A stretch of DNA of 64,000 nt from Eledone cirrhosa (lineage: Eukaryota). The position numbers and the translations under genes are program-made. The first letter of the stretch is position 1; every line of letters begins with the position of its first letter. The notes under the pieces are model-generated. The model was not told the origin of the DNA. It did no database searches and saw only the letters and a list, made by a program, of their open reading frames with translations. This document shows positions 1 through 13,480 of this stretch, in pieces. The stretch spans positions 243,350,001 to 243,414,000 of the forward strand of contig OZ024743.1 of assembly GCA_964016885.1 (NCBI GenBank), given 5' to 3'.

Positions 1-237
1 GCCCCAGGCCCCCTGCAGTGAGGGTTGGGGCCCACCAGTGACAGCTGTAGCAATTTATTTGTGCCCTCAGCTGGGCTTTTTAGTTTTAGGATGGTTAGAA
101 TTTTCGAATTTAATACCTGTATGTATAACTTTTCAATTCCAATTACTTGTACCAAGCTAAATTTGATATGTAAAATTGGGAGGTTTGCTGTGTATTCTAA
201 TTTTTTGTGTATGACCCATGACCAAAAGTGATCTTAC

Positions 238-282
238 CTTCAGCCATCCAGCAAAGCAACAACATTTTCCCTAACAAATCTT
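238..282 (-). CDS. Candidate micro-exon of an unidentified gene continuing left of the window
   Basis: Strong donor AAG|GTAAGA at 237, tandem AAGCAG acceptor, open frame EDLLGKMLLLCWMAE; no homology recognised. Confidence 0.25.
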
Positions 283-313
283 CTGCTTGTGATTAAAATA
301 AGAACCTTATATT

Positions 314-542
314 TTAACCCTTTAGCATTTACATTATTCTATATTTACTACTGTATTTTCACAGCAAAGGCTTTATCTTACATAATTATTGCATATAATA
401 TCGAATCAACGAGATTTTAATGTTATCTATTTTGAGAACAATACCTTAACATCAGTATTAGCAGCCATTCACAGCCTGTTTGAACAGAAAGAGGTGAGAG
501 ACTTCTGACCGGATACGGCCAGTTTAAATGCTAAAGGGTTAA
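314..542. mobile_element. piggyBac-like MITE
   Basis: TTAA-CCCTTTAGCATTTA ... TAAATGCTAAAGGG-TTAA: perfect terminal inverted repeats with TTAA target; four copies in window. Confidence 0.8.
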
Positions 543-756
543 TTGTGAAATGGAAAGGATACTAGAACATACTGTCCTAAAATTAAGATGGGATGGCTTC
601 AGACAGAACACTCACCAAATCCTTGAAGTTTCACCTCCAAATGGATATGCCTACCATCTTATATTTACAAATTGAGTATCTGCCATCATATATTTATTTA
701 CAATTTACTTGGAGTGGTAATAATTGATTTCTAATTGAGACACAAGGCCAACACAC

Positions 757-945
757 TACCTGCATCAGTTGTTAGCTGTCGGGACACTGCATCCTTCAAA
801 ACTTACATGCTTTCTGAAATTCACCAACATTACACCTGATATTCCCCTTTTATACACATGCACACATGTGTGTATCATGACTCATACACTGTTCACTTTC
901 CTGACATTTGTACATTATTCTATGTACTATACATACACCTTTGTG
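757..945 (+). mobile_element. 3' fragment of the CR1/L2-like LINE
   Basis: Matches about 11700-11885 (cctgcatcagttgtt...gacactgcatcc...catgactcatacact). Confidence 0.8.
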
Positions 946-1329
946 TGATCATGAATTAATTGTTCACAAAAAAAAAGTAATTTGCTTTAATAAATTATTT
1001 TAATAATTAACTTTATAAAAGTATAATGATGTAAAAAATCTACCAGATGACAATTCAAAATGGGGAGGAATTAAGGAAACCTGGGAGTGCAAAGGGTGGA
1101 ATGTGACCTGGGTCTCTCAGAACCTCTGGTCAAGATACAAAACAGTGAAATAGGATTTGATGATTTTTAAGTAAAAGAGGGAAAAGCAAAAATGATCTAT
1201 TTAAACTCCAATGAGCTTTTAAGGACTGGCCTTAGCCCTTTTGTTACCATATTTCTAAAGAAAGACACTGCCTCCTATGGTTTTCAAATAATCAAGAATA
1301 TGGAATATAAAGTTATGTTGGTGCCACGC

Positions 1330-1594
1330 CATCCAGGCCGAAACAAATGAGATCATGTAGGTGTCACGACAAAAAAACACACAGTCCACGCTGTAATGTG
1401 GCCGTGTAGGCAACACGGTAAAAACCTCCCAGACCCACACTGTAAATGTGGTTGGTGTTAGGAAGGGCATCCAACTGTAGAAAACCTGCCAGACAGTCCT
1501 ATGCGAGCAAGACAATCACTCTTGCCTCAAGTGGGACTACCCCCGTCCAAACCCATGCAAGCGTGGAACACGGACGTTAAACGTTGATGATGAT
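1330..1594 (+). mobile_element. RTE 3'UTR fragment nested in an older TIR-like element (about 1232-1770)
   Basis: Reverse complement of about 24050-24325; ends in (GAT)n tail. Confidence 0.75.
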
Positions 1595-2619
1595 GGGATC
1601 TAGCGTCATATATTTCTGGATATTAAGCTGGTGTTTTGAGAATTGTATAAAGATCCTTACAGGAAATTATGATGGAAAGTTTTTAGATAGATATAAACAC
1701 TTTAAAACAAACTGTTTTGTATCATAAAAGCAGGGTCAGTTTTAGGCAGTTTGATATCAAAAGGGTTGAATTATGGAATTCAGGCAAGATTGCTAATACT
1801 GTACTGATTTCTAACAACAAAGTAAACTGAGGTATACAGAAATAAGCTCACTACTCAAATACATAACAAGATATATGCAGTGTATCTCAACTAAAATTCT
1901 ATGAGATAGTAATTCAGTACTATAACCACACAACCATTTTTAGTTGTATTGTACAAGCAAGTAGATGACTTTCTTCTGAATTCAGTCTAGAAACAATAAT
2001 CTTTAATCCTTTTGATACTAACTCACCCAAGACACTCATTTTAAAGGGTTCCTATATAAATTAAAATCTTCTAACATAAATTTTATATAAGAACCTTATG
2101 TTAAGTTACTATCTTAATAATGATTTCTGATTTAAGCACAAGGCCAACAATTTTGGGAGAGGGGAATGTCAATTAAATCAACCCCAGTGTGTTACTAGTT
2201 ATTTATTTTATCAACCCTGTAAGGGTGGAAGGCAAAGCTAACCTTGGTGGAATTTAAAATCATACTTTAATAATGAAATGATTAATAATTTTAGTAAATT
2301 ATTTAAAATTCTTCATTAATCTATTAAAATAGCATGTATCTTGTTAGAAATATGGGTTAGTAGGATGAACCTGGTAAGGTGCCAACAGTAGTTCAAATAT
2401 TAAATATTTTTTTGGCTTTATAGAGAAATAAAAGCCTGTCTATGTACTTCTTGATCTTAACTATTTAACATGTCACGGATCAGGAATTAATCATAACTAG
2501 ATTCTAAGAAAGGGCACTGGAAATCTGTGAATCAAAATCTGTTGAATGAAAAGTTTCAAGTCAGAAATTGTTTATGAAAAGTGGGAGAATGTTATATAGT
2601 TCTTCTTTTGAAATGAGAA

Positions 2620-2945
2620 TTAACTTCATATATTTTGGGGCAGGTTTGGAGGAAGGGGCTGTGTCCATGACCATTGCAGGAACTCAGAGACTAATGAGAC
2701 TGGTGCTGTTGATGTTCACTTTAAATTGTTGCAGGCCAACACCTGAAGAAAGGACATGTACAGAGAGAAAATTCCAGAAGGATGATGTTCTGGATGTAGT
2801 GGTTAGTATAGTGTCAGGGTGGAGTGGGGCATATAATATGGAGGAAGAGGAGAGACAAGCGAAACGGAAGTGTCTGAGTGAAGGTGGTATGAGGTCAGCC
2901 TTCTACAAGTAGCGGAGGAGGCCATTGTAGTAGTGGTAAAAAACC
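2620..2945 (-). mobile_element. Degraded 3' end of a CR1/L2/Jockey-group LINE
   Basis: Minus-strand peptides YHYYNGL...LIPP...TSSFWNFL...LQQFKVNIN, typical of the ORF2 C-terminus of these clades. Confidence 0.5.
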
Positions 2946-3532
2946 ATGAAAATATATAGTTTATTACAGTATAGCTGTTTATTCTATTGTTCTGCGAAAT
3001 CTTAACAGAAATGGAGTCATCAAACTTCTGACATATAACACAACTATTTTGTCACAAAAATTATTAATTCTGACAATAATTTAAATTGCTATTTTCTTGA
3101 TTCCGAATTTCAAATCTAACTTATCAAAATTTATGAAACATTATCAACTCTGACAGGTTAGAATCACTAACATTATGAATTCTGACAGGTTAGAATCATA
3201 AAAATTATCAATTGTTAAAGACAAAGATGTCGACATATACTAATATTGGAAACTGTTTCAACAGACAGATGCTAATATATTTATAAATTCTGTTAGTAAA
3301 TGGATTGTGAAGCATCTGACATAGAAATCATGAAAATGATCAGTTTTGTCAGATAAGAAGAGCTACAAAATGAAGAGTTTAAGATATTTACCCAATATGG
3401 CTTTGGGACATTGAAATTATTGTCCTGAAAAGTTCTGAATCTAAAGAAATTTGTAAAGATCAGTGTTGGAAACAATGATAATAATATCCAAAAAATCTGT
3501 GACCAGCCCCTTGCTTTCAGGGAGAACAAATA

Positions 3533-3745
3533 TTAACCCTTTAGCATTTACATTACTCTATATTTACTTTTGTATTTTCACGGTAAAGGCTTTATATCAC
3601 ATATTATCGTATCTATGAGATTTTGATATTTATTTTGAGAACAATACCTTAACATCAGTATGAGTGACCAGTTATGGCCAGTTTGAACAGAATGAGGTAA
3701 CAGGATTCTGGACGGATGCAGCTGGTTTAAATGTTAAACGGTTAA
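3533..3745. mobile_element. piggyBac-like MITE copy
   Basis: Same TIR/TTAA structure as 314-542; right TIR has 2 mismatches. Confidence 0.75.
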
Positions 3746-4603
3746 GCAATAATGATGACATATACATGTATGTGCATATGTCCAGACAAAGAGAGGGAGA
3801 TAAGAAATAAAAGTAAAAGAGAAGGACAGCCACTCTCTCTTACTTTTATTTCTCTTCTCCTTCCCCCCTTCTTACTATAAAACCCTTGTCTCTGTCTGGG
3901 TCTGTTGTGTTTACAACACAAACAACAACAACTGTCTAGATGTAAAATGACGTGGTGATGGTTGGAGTGTGACAAGAGGGAGAGTGTCAAGGAAAACTTG
4001 AGAATTCAAACAGCTTTATATAGAATGTAATCAAGGAATTATTCAATTTAATATTTTTTTTACTATAAACTTCGTAATTTTTAATGGGTACTATACTAGT
4101 AGTGATACATATAGAAGTTATGTCTATTTACATAGGGTGCTTATTCTGAAACTCCACCCATCAGCTTAACTTCATGGCTAATGTCACTCAAAAATGGAAA
4201 ATACAAATATTTTTTTTAAATAGAGAAATCCATACTATAAAGCTGACAGCCGTATGTAGGTAACAAACTTTCTGCCAAATGGCTGGACCAAATGGCACCA
4301 AATTTGCACCATAGATGTAACTTTTTCCAAGTAAAAAAGTGAGGGTATTTTCGTCTACTGAATTTTGTTAAAAAATTAAAGACATTATTTAAATATTCAC
4401 TTCATTAACATTTCAAATGTCAACACTTCCGGTTATACGACATTCCTAACGTCTTCATGAACCAAAATATCATCTTCCTGTTTTCTTTCAGTTGCAACGT
4501 TTTCGAAATATTTACTTCTGCGTTCACAGATTGATTTTTATAGTTTCAGAAGATCCCATTAAGGATGAAAGCAGCGATTCTTTGCTTAAACTTTAATCTG
4601 TTA

Positions 4604-4639
<36 letters not shown>

Positions 4640-4739
4640 TATATTCGTAAAAAAAATATAAACAAACATATTTATTTCACGAAAGCACAGATGGCTTAAC
4701 GTCATTGTTACTGCCGATATGCCACCAAAAAAGTCCCAG

Positions 4740-5000
4740 CCTGCCCGCAAGTTCAGATTTTCCAGAAGAAAAAATGTTACTAGAGCAACAGAGATACTAA
4801 GCTTCGCGATTACCATCAACAAAGCTCAGGGTCAAACCCTAAAAGTGGCTGGCCTTCATCTGGGAAAACCATGCTTCTCCCATGGTCTATTGTATGTACG
4901 ATGTTCTAGGATGAGCTCGCCAAACAATCTTTTCATCTTTGCTCCTGAGGGCTGAACAAAAAATATTGTATACTCTGAGGCTCTAACAATGTAATTTATG
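4740..5000 (+). mobile_element. Helitron RepHel remnant (PIF1-like helicase C-terminus)
   Basis: SFAITINKAQGQTLKVAGLHLGKPCFSHGLLYVRCSR...TKNIVYSEAL equals Helitron helicase motifs V/VI and C-terminus; contains an in-frame stop. Confidence 0.85.
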
Positions 5001-5784
5001 TATTTTCTGTTACTTGGAATTTCCATTATGATTGTACAAATTATTGTAAAGTTTGTTAAAAAATTTGTTCTCTGTTCAGCCTTTATTGTTGTAGCTATCA
5101 ATTTTCTTTAACGTACTGGCTGCTGAACTGGGAAATCCTAAAAACTATTCAAACCCAACATCAGAGCACGTAATCCACCCCCCACCCACACACGCGCGCA
5201 CGCGCACACACACATCGCTGACTTGAGAGGGCGTGCGGTATCTTTGCATCTTTGCACTGGAGTGGAGATTCCTGAAAAGATAAAATGCTGGTAAACTTAG
5301 CCAGCTAATAATAAATAAAGTCAAAATATGACTTAATAGAAATAGTAGTCAAATTCCCCTCAAACCACACACATCTCATCTTAAAACAGGAAAAACATAT
5401 TGGAAAATGTAGTGCAAGATATACAAAAAAACAGAATGATTATTGCTGGAATGTCTTTGATCATAGATCTACTAATCAGGGTTGGCCTGGTGTTAAATAA
5501 CATCTTTGGAGTTAAAGCATTATCAATAATGGTATTTTGATAAAGTGAAAGTCTAGATCCAATGACTGACAAAATATTTGATGGTTTACAATTCAATGAG
5601 GGAGACTATGTGGGCATTTGACATGCTAGAAATAATAGCCACATCTCTCTCAAATCACAGCCAACCATCTTAAAAAAGAAGAACAATATAATCTTAGACA
5701 AATGTATACTATCAAAATTTAACTTCTCTGAAGAATTGAAAATTTGGGGGATTTTTGTTGGTATTTATTTTTATCATCTTTGTT

Positions 5785-7035
5785 GTCCTCCAAGTTCCAC
5801 ACCCATACAGCAATACCGCCTTCATGTTGGAGTTTAGTTCTTGAGCAGATCTCTTTTGATGCCCAGATGTTCTTTAGCATGACGAAAGCTGCTCTTGCCT
5901 TATCAATCTTGGCTGTGACATCTCGGTCAGTTTCCCCACATCAATCGACCACACTTACCAGGTAGACAAATGACTCCACCTCTCTGATGGACTCTCTACT
6001 GGTTGATCTTCATCAGCTCAGTTTTCTTCTTGCTTATCTTGGCTGACATGGTCTCCAAGCGTGAGATCTTGTCCTGTATCTGGTTGTGACTGTGTGACAA
6101 GAGTGCGAGGTCATCAGTAAAATCAAGGTCGTCCATTTGTGTCGAGTGTCCACAGTATACCATTGTTCCCGTCTGTTGTAGTGGTTTTTATTATCCAGTC
6201 AATGACCTGGAGGAAGAGGAAAGTTGACAGCAAGCACTCCTGATGAACTCCAGTCTTCACTTTGAGACTTTCTTACATTTGGCCGGCATGGGCGATCTTC
6301 TAGCTCATGTCTTGGTAAGTGCACTGGATGTGGGAGATAATCTTCCCAGGTACTCCTCAGTACATCGGCAACGTCCACAGTGTCTCTCTGTCCACATTGC
6401 TAAATGCTTTCACGTAGTCTATGAAGTTGATTTAGAGTGGAGAATTCCACTCCAGTGACTGCTCCACAATGATGCGTAGGCTGGTGATCTGATCAGTACA
6501 GGATCTGTTCCTGTGGAATCCTGCCTGCTGATCCCAGAGCTTGGGGTTGACTGCTTGCCGCATCCTCTCCAGTATTACTCTGTTGAGAACCTTTCCCAGC
6601 AGTGACAGGAGCATGATCCCTCGGTAGTTGATGCAGTCCCCGAGGTCACCTTTCTTCAGCAGTTTGATGATCCCTTCCTTCCACTGGGTCAGGATGTCTT
6701 CCTTCTCCCAGATCTTGCTGAAGAGCTGTGAAGAGGCATGACAGCTGTCTCTATGCCTGCTTTGATTCTATGGAGGAACTGGAGATGGATTGGACACATC
6801 CTCAGGAAACCAGCATCCTGTACCGCATGCCAAGCCCTGACCCAGCACCTGCAGGGTAAGAGAGAGAGAGAGGCTAGCCCCACGGCAGCTGGAGGCATGA
6901 CATTGAGGCTGCATTAAAAAAGCTGGAAGCCAACTGGAGTGGAGTGGTGAGAGCAGCCCAGGATCATGTAGGATGTTAGAGGGTCATCAATGGCCTACTT
7001 TCCAGAGAGCAATGGGGCTGAATGAAATGAATGAA
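5785..7035. mobile_element. Old RTE (BovB-like) LINE with internal inversion
   Basis: Minus 5785-6765 encodes RT peptides (NYRGIMLLSLLGKVLNRVILER...QQAGF...SCTDQI); plus 6766-7035 encodes the C-terminus (WRWIGHILRK) with (GAAT)n tail. Confidence 0.75.
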
Positions 7036-7237
7036 TAATTATCATCATAAGGTCTATATTCCATGTCAGCAAAGGTTGGACACAGATCTACATTCAAAAC
7101 TGGGAGCATTTTGTCATGCCACCAGTGCTAGAAAGATTGTCTTCAATAAAACTCAAGTCCTTTCTACCCTATGTTGACTGTGTTTAATTGTTGTGCATTA
7201 TACAGAGTGCTTTGAGTGCATTTTATTGCAGCACAAG

Positions 7238-7313
7238 ATATGTATATATATATATGTATATAGATGTGTATATATATATATATATATAGATGTGTATATA
7301 TATATATATATAG

Positions 7314-7366
<53 letters not shown>

Positions 7367-7370
7367 GTAT
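7238..7370. repeat. (TA)n microsatellite followed by an RTE 3'UTR fragment (7371-7625, minus)
   Basis: Direct reading; catcatcatttaac...gatgcccttcc motif shared with the RTE tails. Confidence 0.85.
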
Positions 7371-7989
7371 ACATCATCATCATTTAACATACAACCTCCA
7401 CGCTAGCATGGGTTGGATGGCTTTGTCCTACTTGAGGCAAGATTGATCAGGTGACTGTATCTCACCCGTACAGAACTGTTTCTGGCAGGTTTTCTACAGC
7501 TGGATGCCCTTCCAACCACATTTACAGTGTGCATTGGGAGCTTTTTACCGTGTCTCCTACACGACCACTTTACAGTGTGGACTGGGTGCTTTTTGTTGTG
7601 TCACTTACACGACCACTTTACAGTGGACGGAAGTGGGAGGATGGAGTAGGGTGTGTGAGGTGGGGTGTGTATATATATCATAGGGGTGTATATGATAGCA
7701 TATGTGATATGTTTATGTAAAATAAACATACAAGAGTTTTGCTATGAATTTCTTTTAAAGCTGTGATCATGTCACAGTTATCTCAATAGCAGTGAGAATG
7801 CCAGATATGGCACTGTCATAGTGTGATTTATTGTAGGTGTGAATATGAAATCATATACAGTATGGTTATGTATAACCATATATCTTGTATGTTTATTATA
7901 CATATCATATATGCTTTCATATAAACCCCTATGATGAACCACACTTTGTTAGTCCCACTTCTAATTACTACTATATATATATATTAGAA

Positions 7990-8285
7990 GACCATGGTTT
8001 TGCACCTAGAAAGTTTCCCTGGGCAAGGTTTGTTTTTTGGAAGACCAGCAGTCACCCATGCATACCAGTCTCTCTTCTCCATGTCACTGATGTTGTCCAA
8101 GGTAAAGGCTATGGCCAATACAGCTTGACACCAGAGACGTCACAACTCACTTCTACAGCTGAGTGAACTGGAGCAACATGAAATAAAGTATCTTGCTCAA
8201 GGACACAACACATCACCCTGTCCAAGAATTGAATTCCCAACCTCTCAATTGCAAGCCCAATGCTCTAACTTCTAAGCCATGCACC
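7990..8285 (-). mobile_element. tRNA-derived SINE, family 2
   Basis: Reverse complement of 45330-45470 (A/B-box head, tccttgagcaagat/cactttatttca core). Confidence 0.65.
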
Positions 8286-8287
8286 TT

Positions 8288-8545
8288 CATCATCATCATT
8301 TTACATCCGCTCTTCCCTGCTTGCAAGGGTGGCACAGCTCTTATTCAGCACAGCATCTCTCCATTCGTCATCTCCTCTGTGAGCTTCAGCAATCTGAGGT
8401 CAGCTCTCACCACCTCCACCCATGATTTTTGTGGTCTTCCTCTACTGCGCCTTCCTTCCACCGGGATTTCTTGGCACTTCTTTACCCAACGGTCATCCTC
8501 CATCACGTCTATACCAACGCAGTCTTCTCTCCCGCACACTACAGC
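8288..8545 (-). mobile_element. RTE 3' end fragment (different subfamily)
   Basis: VMEDDRWVKKCQEIPVEGRRSRGRPQKSW; (GAT)n tail. Confidence 0.75.
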
Positions 8546-8978
8546 TTATCCCTCTTATACATACATATGTACAAATATTATTTTCAAAATAATTTGAAAA
8601 CAATAAATAGTGTCTTTAATTAGAAATATGGTAATAGAAGGGTTAAGAATCAACACAAAATCCACCTGTCAGGCTACCTAGCCTATATAGTAAACAAGAA
8701 GAACACTTCAAGAACTTGTAATTTGCCAAATGAAATACCACAGAAATCCACCCTTTCATCCTTTCTTTTCAATCTATACCTACCCAACTTCTATAAAACA
8801 TACAAACATCCTTATACACACATGACATAACAGTCACATTCTTCTACCAAACTCCAGTTACTACTCTACAACTACTTCAACCATACACAAAACTTGAAAC
8901 TTGCCTCCACAAAACAGATTTAAATAACGCTGACAATAAAAAAACTGAAAAAACTCTGGGAAATTAAATCAGAACAAC

Positions 8979-11945
8979 TTGCCATCCCCTGCACATAATC
9001 ATATACTGGAATCAAGGTACAAATTGTTGTCCTTGAATGCACGTAGTCTATGCATTAAGATTCATCTTTTTGACTCCTACGTCAAAAGTATCAACCCTGA
9101 CTTCATTATAGTCACAGAAACTTGGGCGCATCCCTTACTCTGTGATGGGGTTTTCAGCATAACTGACTACAACCTGGTTCGTAAAGACCGCATTAATCGT
9201 CGTGGTGGTGGTGTAATGGTCTACGTTCGGTCAAATTTGTTGACAATTTCTTGTGTTGATTTGAACCAATCACAGCAGGAAGTTTTCTTCTGCGATATAC
9301 GTATGACCATGTCAACACAGCTACTTGGAGTCGTTTACCTTCCCCCAAATTACCATCAGGACTCTCAACTTTGTGATATCCTAAGAGGTGCTGCCAGGAA
9401 AACAGCCAATTATGTTTTTATTGCAGGAGACTTCAATCGCCCTGAGATTGACTGGGAAACCTTTCGTTGACCACCAAGTGCAAATGACTTCCTTGAGCTA
9501 GTGCTGGACTTGAATTGGTCCCAAGTAGTCACCTCCCCAACAAGAGGTGACAACACTTTGGACCTACTCTTCACCACTACTCCTGAAACGGTCATTAGTG
9601 TTACTGCTGAGGAACCTTTAGGTGACTCTGATCATGCTATGATCATTGCCAATCTATCCCTCATGGGCAGTAACAAGAATCACAACCATCTCCAAACTGC
9701 TCACTTTGACTGGAATAAAGCAGACTGGAACTCTTACTGCACCGAGCTGCAACGTCCAAACTGGCTTGAGTTCTACAACTCTGGAGATGTCAACACTGTA
9801 CTCCAGAACATCCTGAGCTCAATATGGACAGCATGTGCAGCATCGGTGCCACGTAGGTGGAAAAACATCCCCAAAGTGCAATTTGGGAGACTGCAGCAGT
9901 CCGTCTTGCCAGAAAAGAACGTCGCAATACTGAACGTGAGTACAAACTGCACAAATCAGACATCAATAGGAAGAGGCGAAATAAATCGTCCAACCACCTC
10001 AAACAGGTGACAAAAGAGGCAGTGCTTCAATTTGAGCAGCGCATAGCAACCAGCCCTGACAGTAAGGTGTTCTGGATGTATGTTCACTCAAAGCAGAGGC
10101 CTCACTCTCCAGTTGGTCCTCTTCACAATCCCCACACAAGCCAGGTTACTGACGACCCCAAGGAATGTGCAGAGCTCATTGTTGAATGTTATGCAGGCAT
10201 TTTCACTATTGAAGACCAGAGTGTACCGTCTCCACCACCTATGACACCAGACTCTATTACAACCATGGAATTTACACCTTCAATGCTGCGACGTCACCTA
10301 AAAAATAAACGCAACCATGCCTCTCCTGGTCTTGATGGTGTTACGTACCTGCTTCTTAAACGTGGTGGGTACTTCCTTCTGCACCAGCTATCACGCTTCT
10401 TCCAATTCTGTCTGAACAATGGTGCTACTCCAGAACAGTGGAAAACTGCCAGTGTCATTCCTCTGTTCAAAAAGGGTGACTGCACATCACCTGTGAACTA
10501 TCGTCCAGTCAGTCTTACTAGTTGCATTGCCAAACTGATGGAATCCTGTGTCAGAGAAACACTTTGGAACTTCTGGAAATCTCACAGTCTTATCCGGCCC
10601 TCGCAATTTGGATTTATCCCCAACTCCAGCTGCTGTGATCAACTTATCGAGTTTCTTGAAGACATCACCCGGATCACTGATGGCGGCTCATGGGTGGATG
10701 TTGTTTACCTTGACTTTGCAAAAGCTTTCAATCTGTGCCACACAAAAGGCTTATGGCAAAACTCTCTGCAATGGGTGTGAACGATGATCTTTTTAACTGG
10801 TTGAAGTCCTTCATTCTCAGTCGAAGAGAGGTAGTCACGGTTCTGGGACAGCATTCCTCACCATGTGAGATGTCATCTGGTGTACCACAGGGATCTGTTC
10901 TTGGCCCCCTTTTGTTTGTGGCATATATTAATGACATAGATGCCAACTTAAAGAATGCCACAGTACTAAAGTACGCAGATGACATCAAGCTGTACCTTGA
11001 GATAAAAAGGACAGATCCTGAACACTATAGATCTTGCTTGCAGTCTGATCTGGACACAATGCAACAATGGATCTCAGACTGGCAACTAATGCTAGCTGTG
11101 GGAAAGTGTACCACCATGCATTTTGGGAGTAAAAACCCAGCGTCCACATACTCCCTCCACAACACTAATGTCAAGAAGTCTTCTTGTGAACGTGACCTGG
11201 GCATTACGGTCAGCAGCGATTTGCGTTGGACGAAGCACATCTCTAAAATTGTCAAGAGGGCTGAGGGTGTCTTAGCATCACTCAGCAAGACCTTTGTCAG
11301 CCGCTCTCCAGCTATCTATTTAAGGCTGTACATGGCTATGGTGCGGCCACACTTAGAATTTGCATCACCAGTCTAGAACCCCTATCTTGCTCAGAACATT
11401 GACCGCCTGGAAACTGTTCAGAGACGTGCAACCAAGCGAATACCCTCCATCAGGCATCTACCATACTCTGAACACCTTGCTTCCCTGGGCATGGATACAT
11501 TGAAGCTCCGACGCCTGACAACTGACTTAGTAAACACCCACAAAATTGTTAACCATCTTGCCAACAACAACCCTGAGTACCTTTTTGATTTCCATGTGTC
11601 TAACACACGTGGACATGCCCACAAAGTCAGAAAACAGCACAGTTCCCATGACTTTCGGAAACATTTTTTCACGCTCAAAGTTGCTGAAGCATGGAACAAA
11701 CTGCCTGCATCAGTTGTTGGCTGTCGAGACACTGCATCCTTTAAAACCTCCATGCTTCCCGAGATTCGCCAACACTACACCTAATGTTCCCCCTCCATAC
11801 ACATACACACATGTATATCATGACTCATACACTATTAACTTTCCTGACATTTGTATATTATTATGTGTACTATACATACACCTTTGACGAGTTGTAGTGC
11901 ACCTGAGCACTTTACACAATAATTTCATTATTATTATTATTATTA
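8979..11945 (+). mobile_element. CR1/L2-group LINE ORF2 (APE endonuclease plus reverse transcriptase), disrupted
   Basis: EN motifs LNARS, VTETW, GDFN, LDL, SDH; RT motifs NYRPVSLTS, YLDFAKAF, GVPQGSVLGPLLF, YADD; stops at 9468 and 11374, two frameshifts; (ATT)n tail. Confidence 0.93.
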
Positions 11946-12607
11946 AATCTATGGTCTCTTCTTACTAGCAACACACTCACATGGAACAACATAAATATCA
12001 TTTAACATCATCTTTCCCTGCTGGATTGGAAAGTTCTTTACAGATTGAGTCAGTACTAGAGCAGGGTTACTGACCTCCCAGACAGGCTGGAGGTCAACAT
12101 TTTCACTATATACTGTTCCACACTCTGAGTGTATTTTATCATGGCACAAGCACTAGAGAGGTTGTCATATTTTGAACACAATTGAAAGGACCTCTCAACC
12201 CTTTATTTGGCAAGCTTTCTATGACTGGATACCCTTCCTATCACCAACCACACCACAGTAAGTATTGGGTGCATTTATCATGTAGATAGTCAACACCTGG
12301 GAGGCTGTCATGTCCTTGACACAACTGAAGGATCTTCCCAACCCTTTTTCTTTGGTAAGCTTTCTGAAGCTGGATACCCTTCCTATCACTAACCATTTTA
12401 CAACATGAACTGGGTGTATTTCATGGTACTAACACTAGAGAGGTTGTAAGTTATTGTCGCAACTGAAGAGCTCTCTATTCTCTACAGGGGTGGAGGGGAG
12501 AGAAAAATGTCGAGAAGCATGAGAGAGAGAGAGATACAATTCCTCCACAATACACACAGAAGACATAGCAAAGAATGAGAAACATACTCAGTGAAGTTGT
12601 AGGAACC

Positions 12608-12700
12608 ATTTGTACATTATTCTATGTACTATACATGCACCTTTGGTGAGTTGTAGTGCACCTGAGCACTGTACACACTAATTTTATTATTATTATATAT
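12608..12700 (+). mobile_element. Extreme 3' fragment of the CR1/L2-like LINE
   Basis: Matches about 11848-11940 including the (ATT)n tail. Confidence 0.75.
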
Positions 12701-12779
12701 TTGAACAGAAAGGAACAACATTGCTGTATAAACAATATATTAGCAGACTTGTCAACTAGCTTGCAGAAATGCTAATAAT

Positions 12780-13480
12780 TCCTTCATAATGCATGAAAGT
12801 AGTAAGCCTGCATTAAACCCATTGGAGCCTTTCCTAGTCCTACCTGAGCGGCAATTTCCCCCCACAACAAACAACAATGATAAAGAACACAAAACAGTGC
12901 ATTGTTTACCATAACAGTCTGTGCACAGACTATATTCAAAGACAACTTACACAACGAAACAAAAATATTGAAAATGAAAGATCACCAGGACAATGTAAGG
13001 GACAGAGTATTCCCACAGCAAGGTTTATACCTCACGTTTCCTGTCACTATAAAAAAAAAACAACCTCCAAATGTTCACACACATATACAAAACCCCAACA
13101 CATTATTAAAGCATTCTAAAAATATCTTTTCCCACAGGCCGTACAAGCGTAGAACAAAACACACACAACAATATTTACAACAATTTCTGTTGACCCTACT
13201 GTTGTTAACACTGCCAACACTATGTTAATACTGTGTTAACGCTGCCAGCACTAGCCACAACGCTGACACTAACCGTGTTAACATTACCAACGCTATCAAC
13301 AACGCCCCTAACACTGTGTTAATACTGCCAACCATGACCCTAACACCGACAGTGTTAACACAGCCAACACTATCAACAATGACCCTAACACTGACACTAA
13401 CGACGACTTGAAATCTGGCTTGGCTAGTCGAAATGTCGTCACGCCAGGAACCTATAAACTGATTTTTCTTTTCTTTTACA
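12780..13480 (+). mobile_element. Highly degraded Penelope-like element 3' end
   Basis: Frameshifted GIY-YIG-like peptide (CIVY...C..YI...KDHQ), low-complexity ctaacact repeats, and a hammerhead-like motif at 13397-13440. Confidence 0.4.

Noticed and set aside
2568-2912. 114-aa plus-strand ORF
   Set aside because: Antisense of a degraded LINE 3' end.
4719-4955. Cellular PIF1 helicase exon
   Set aside because: Sequence and C-terminus match Helitron RepHel; internal stop; no other helicase exons.
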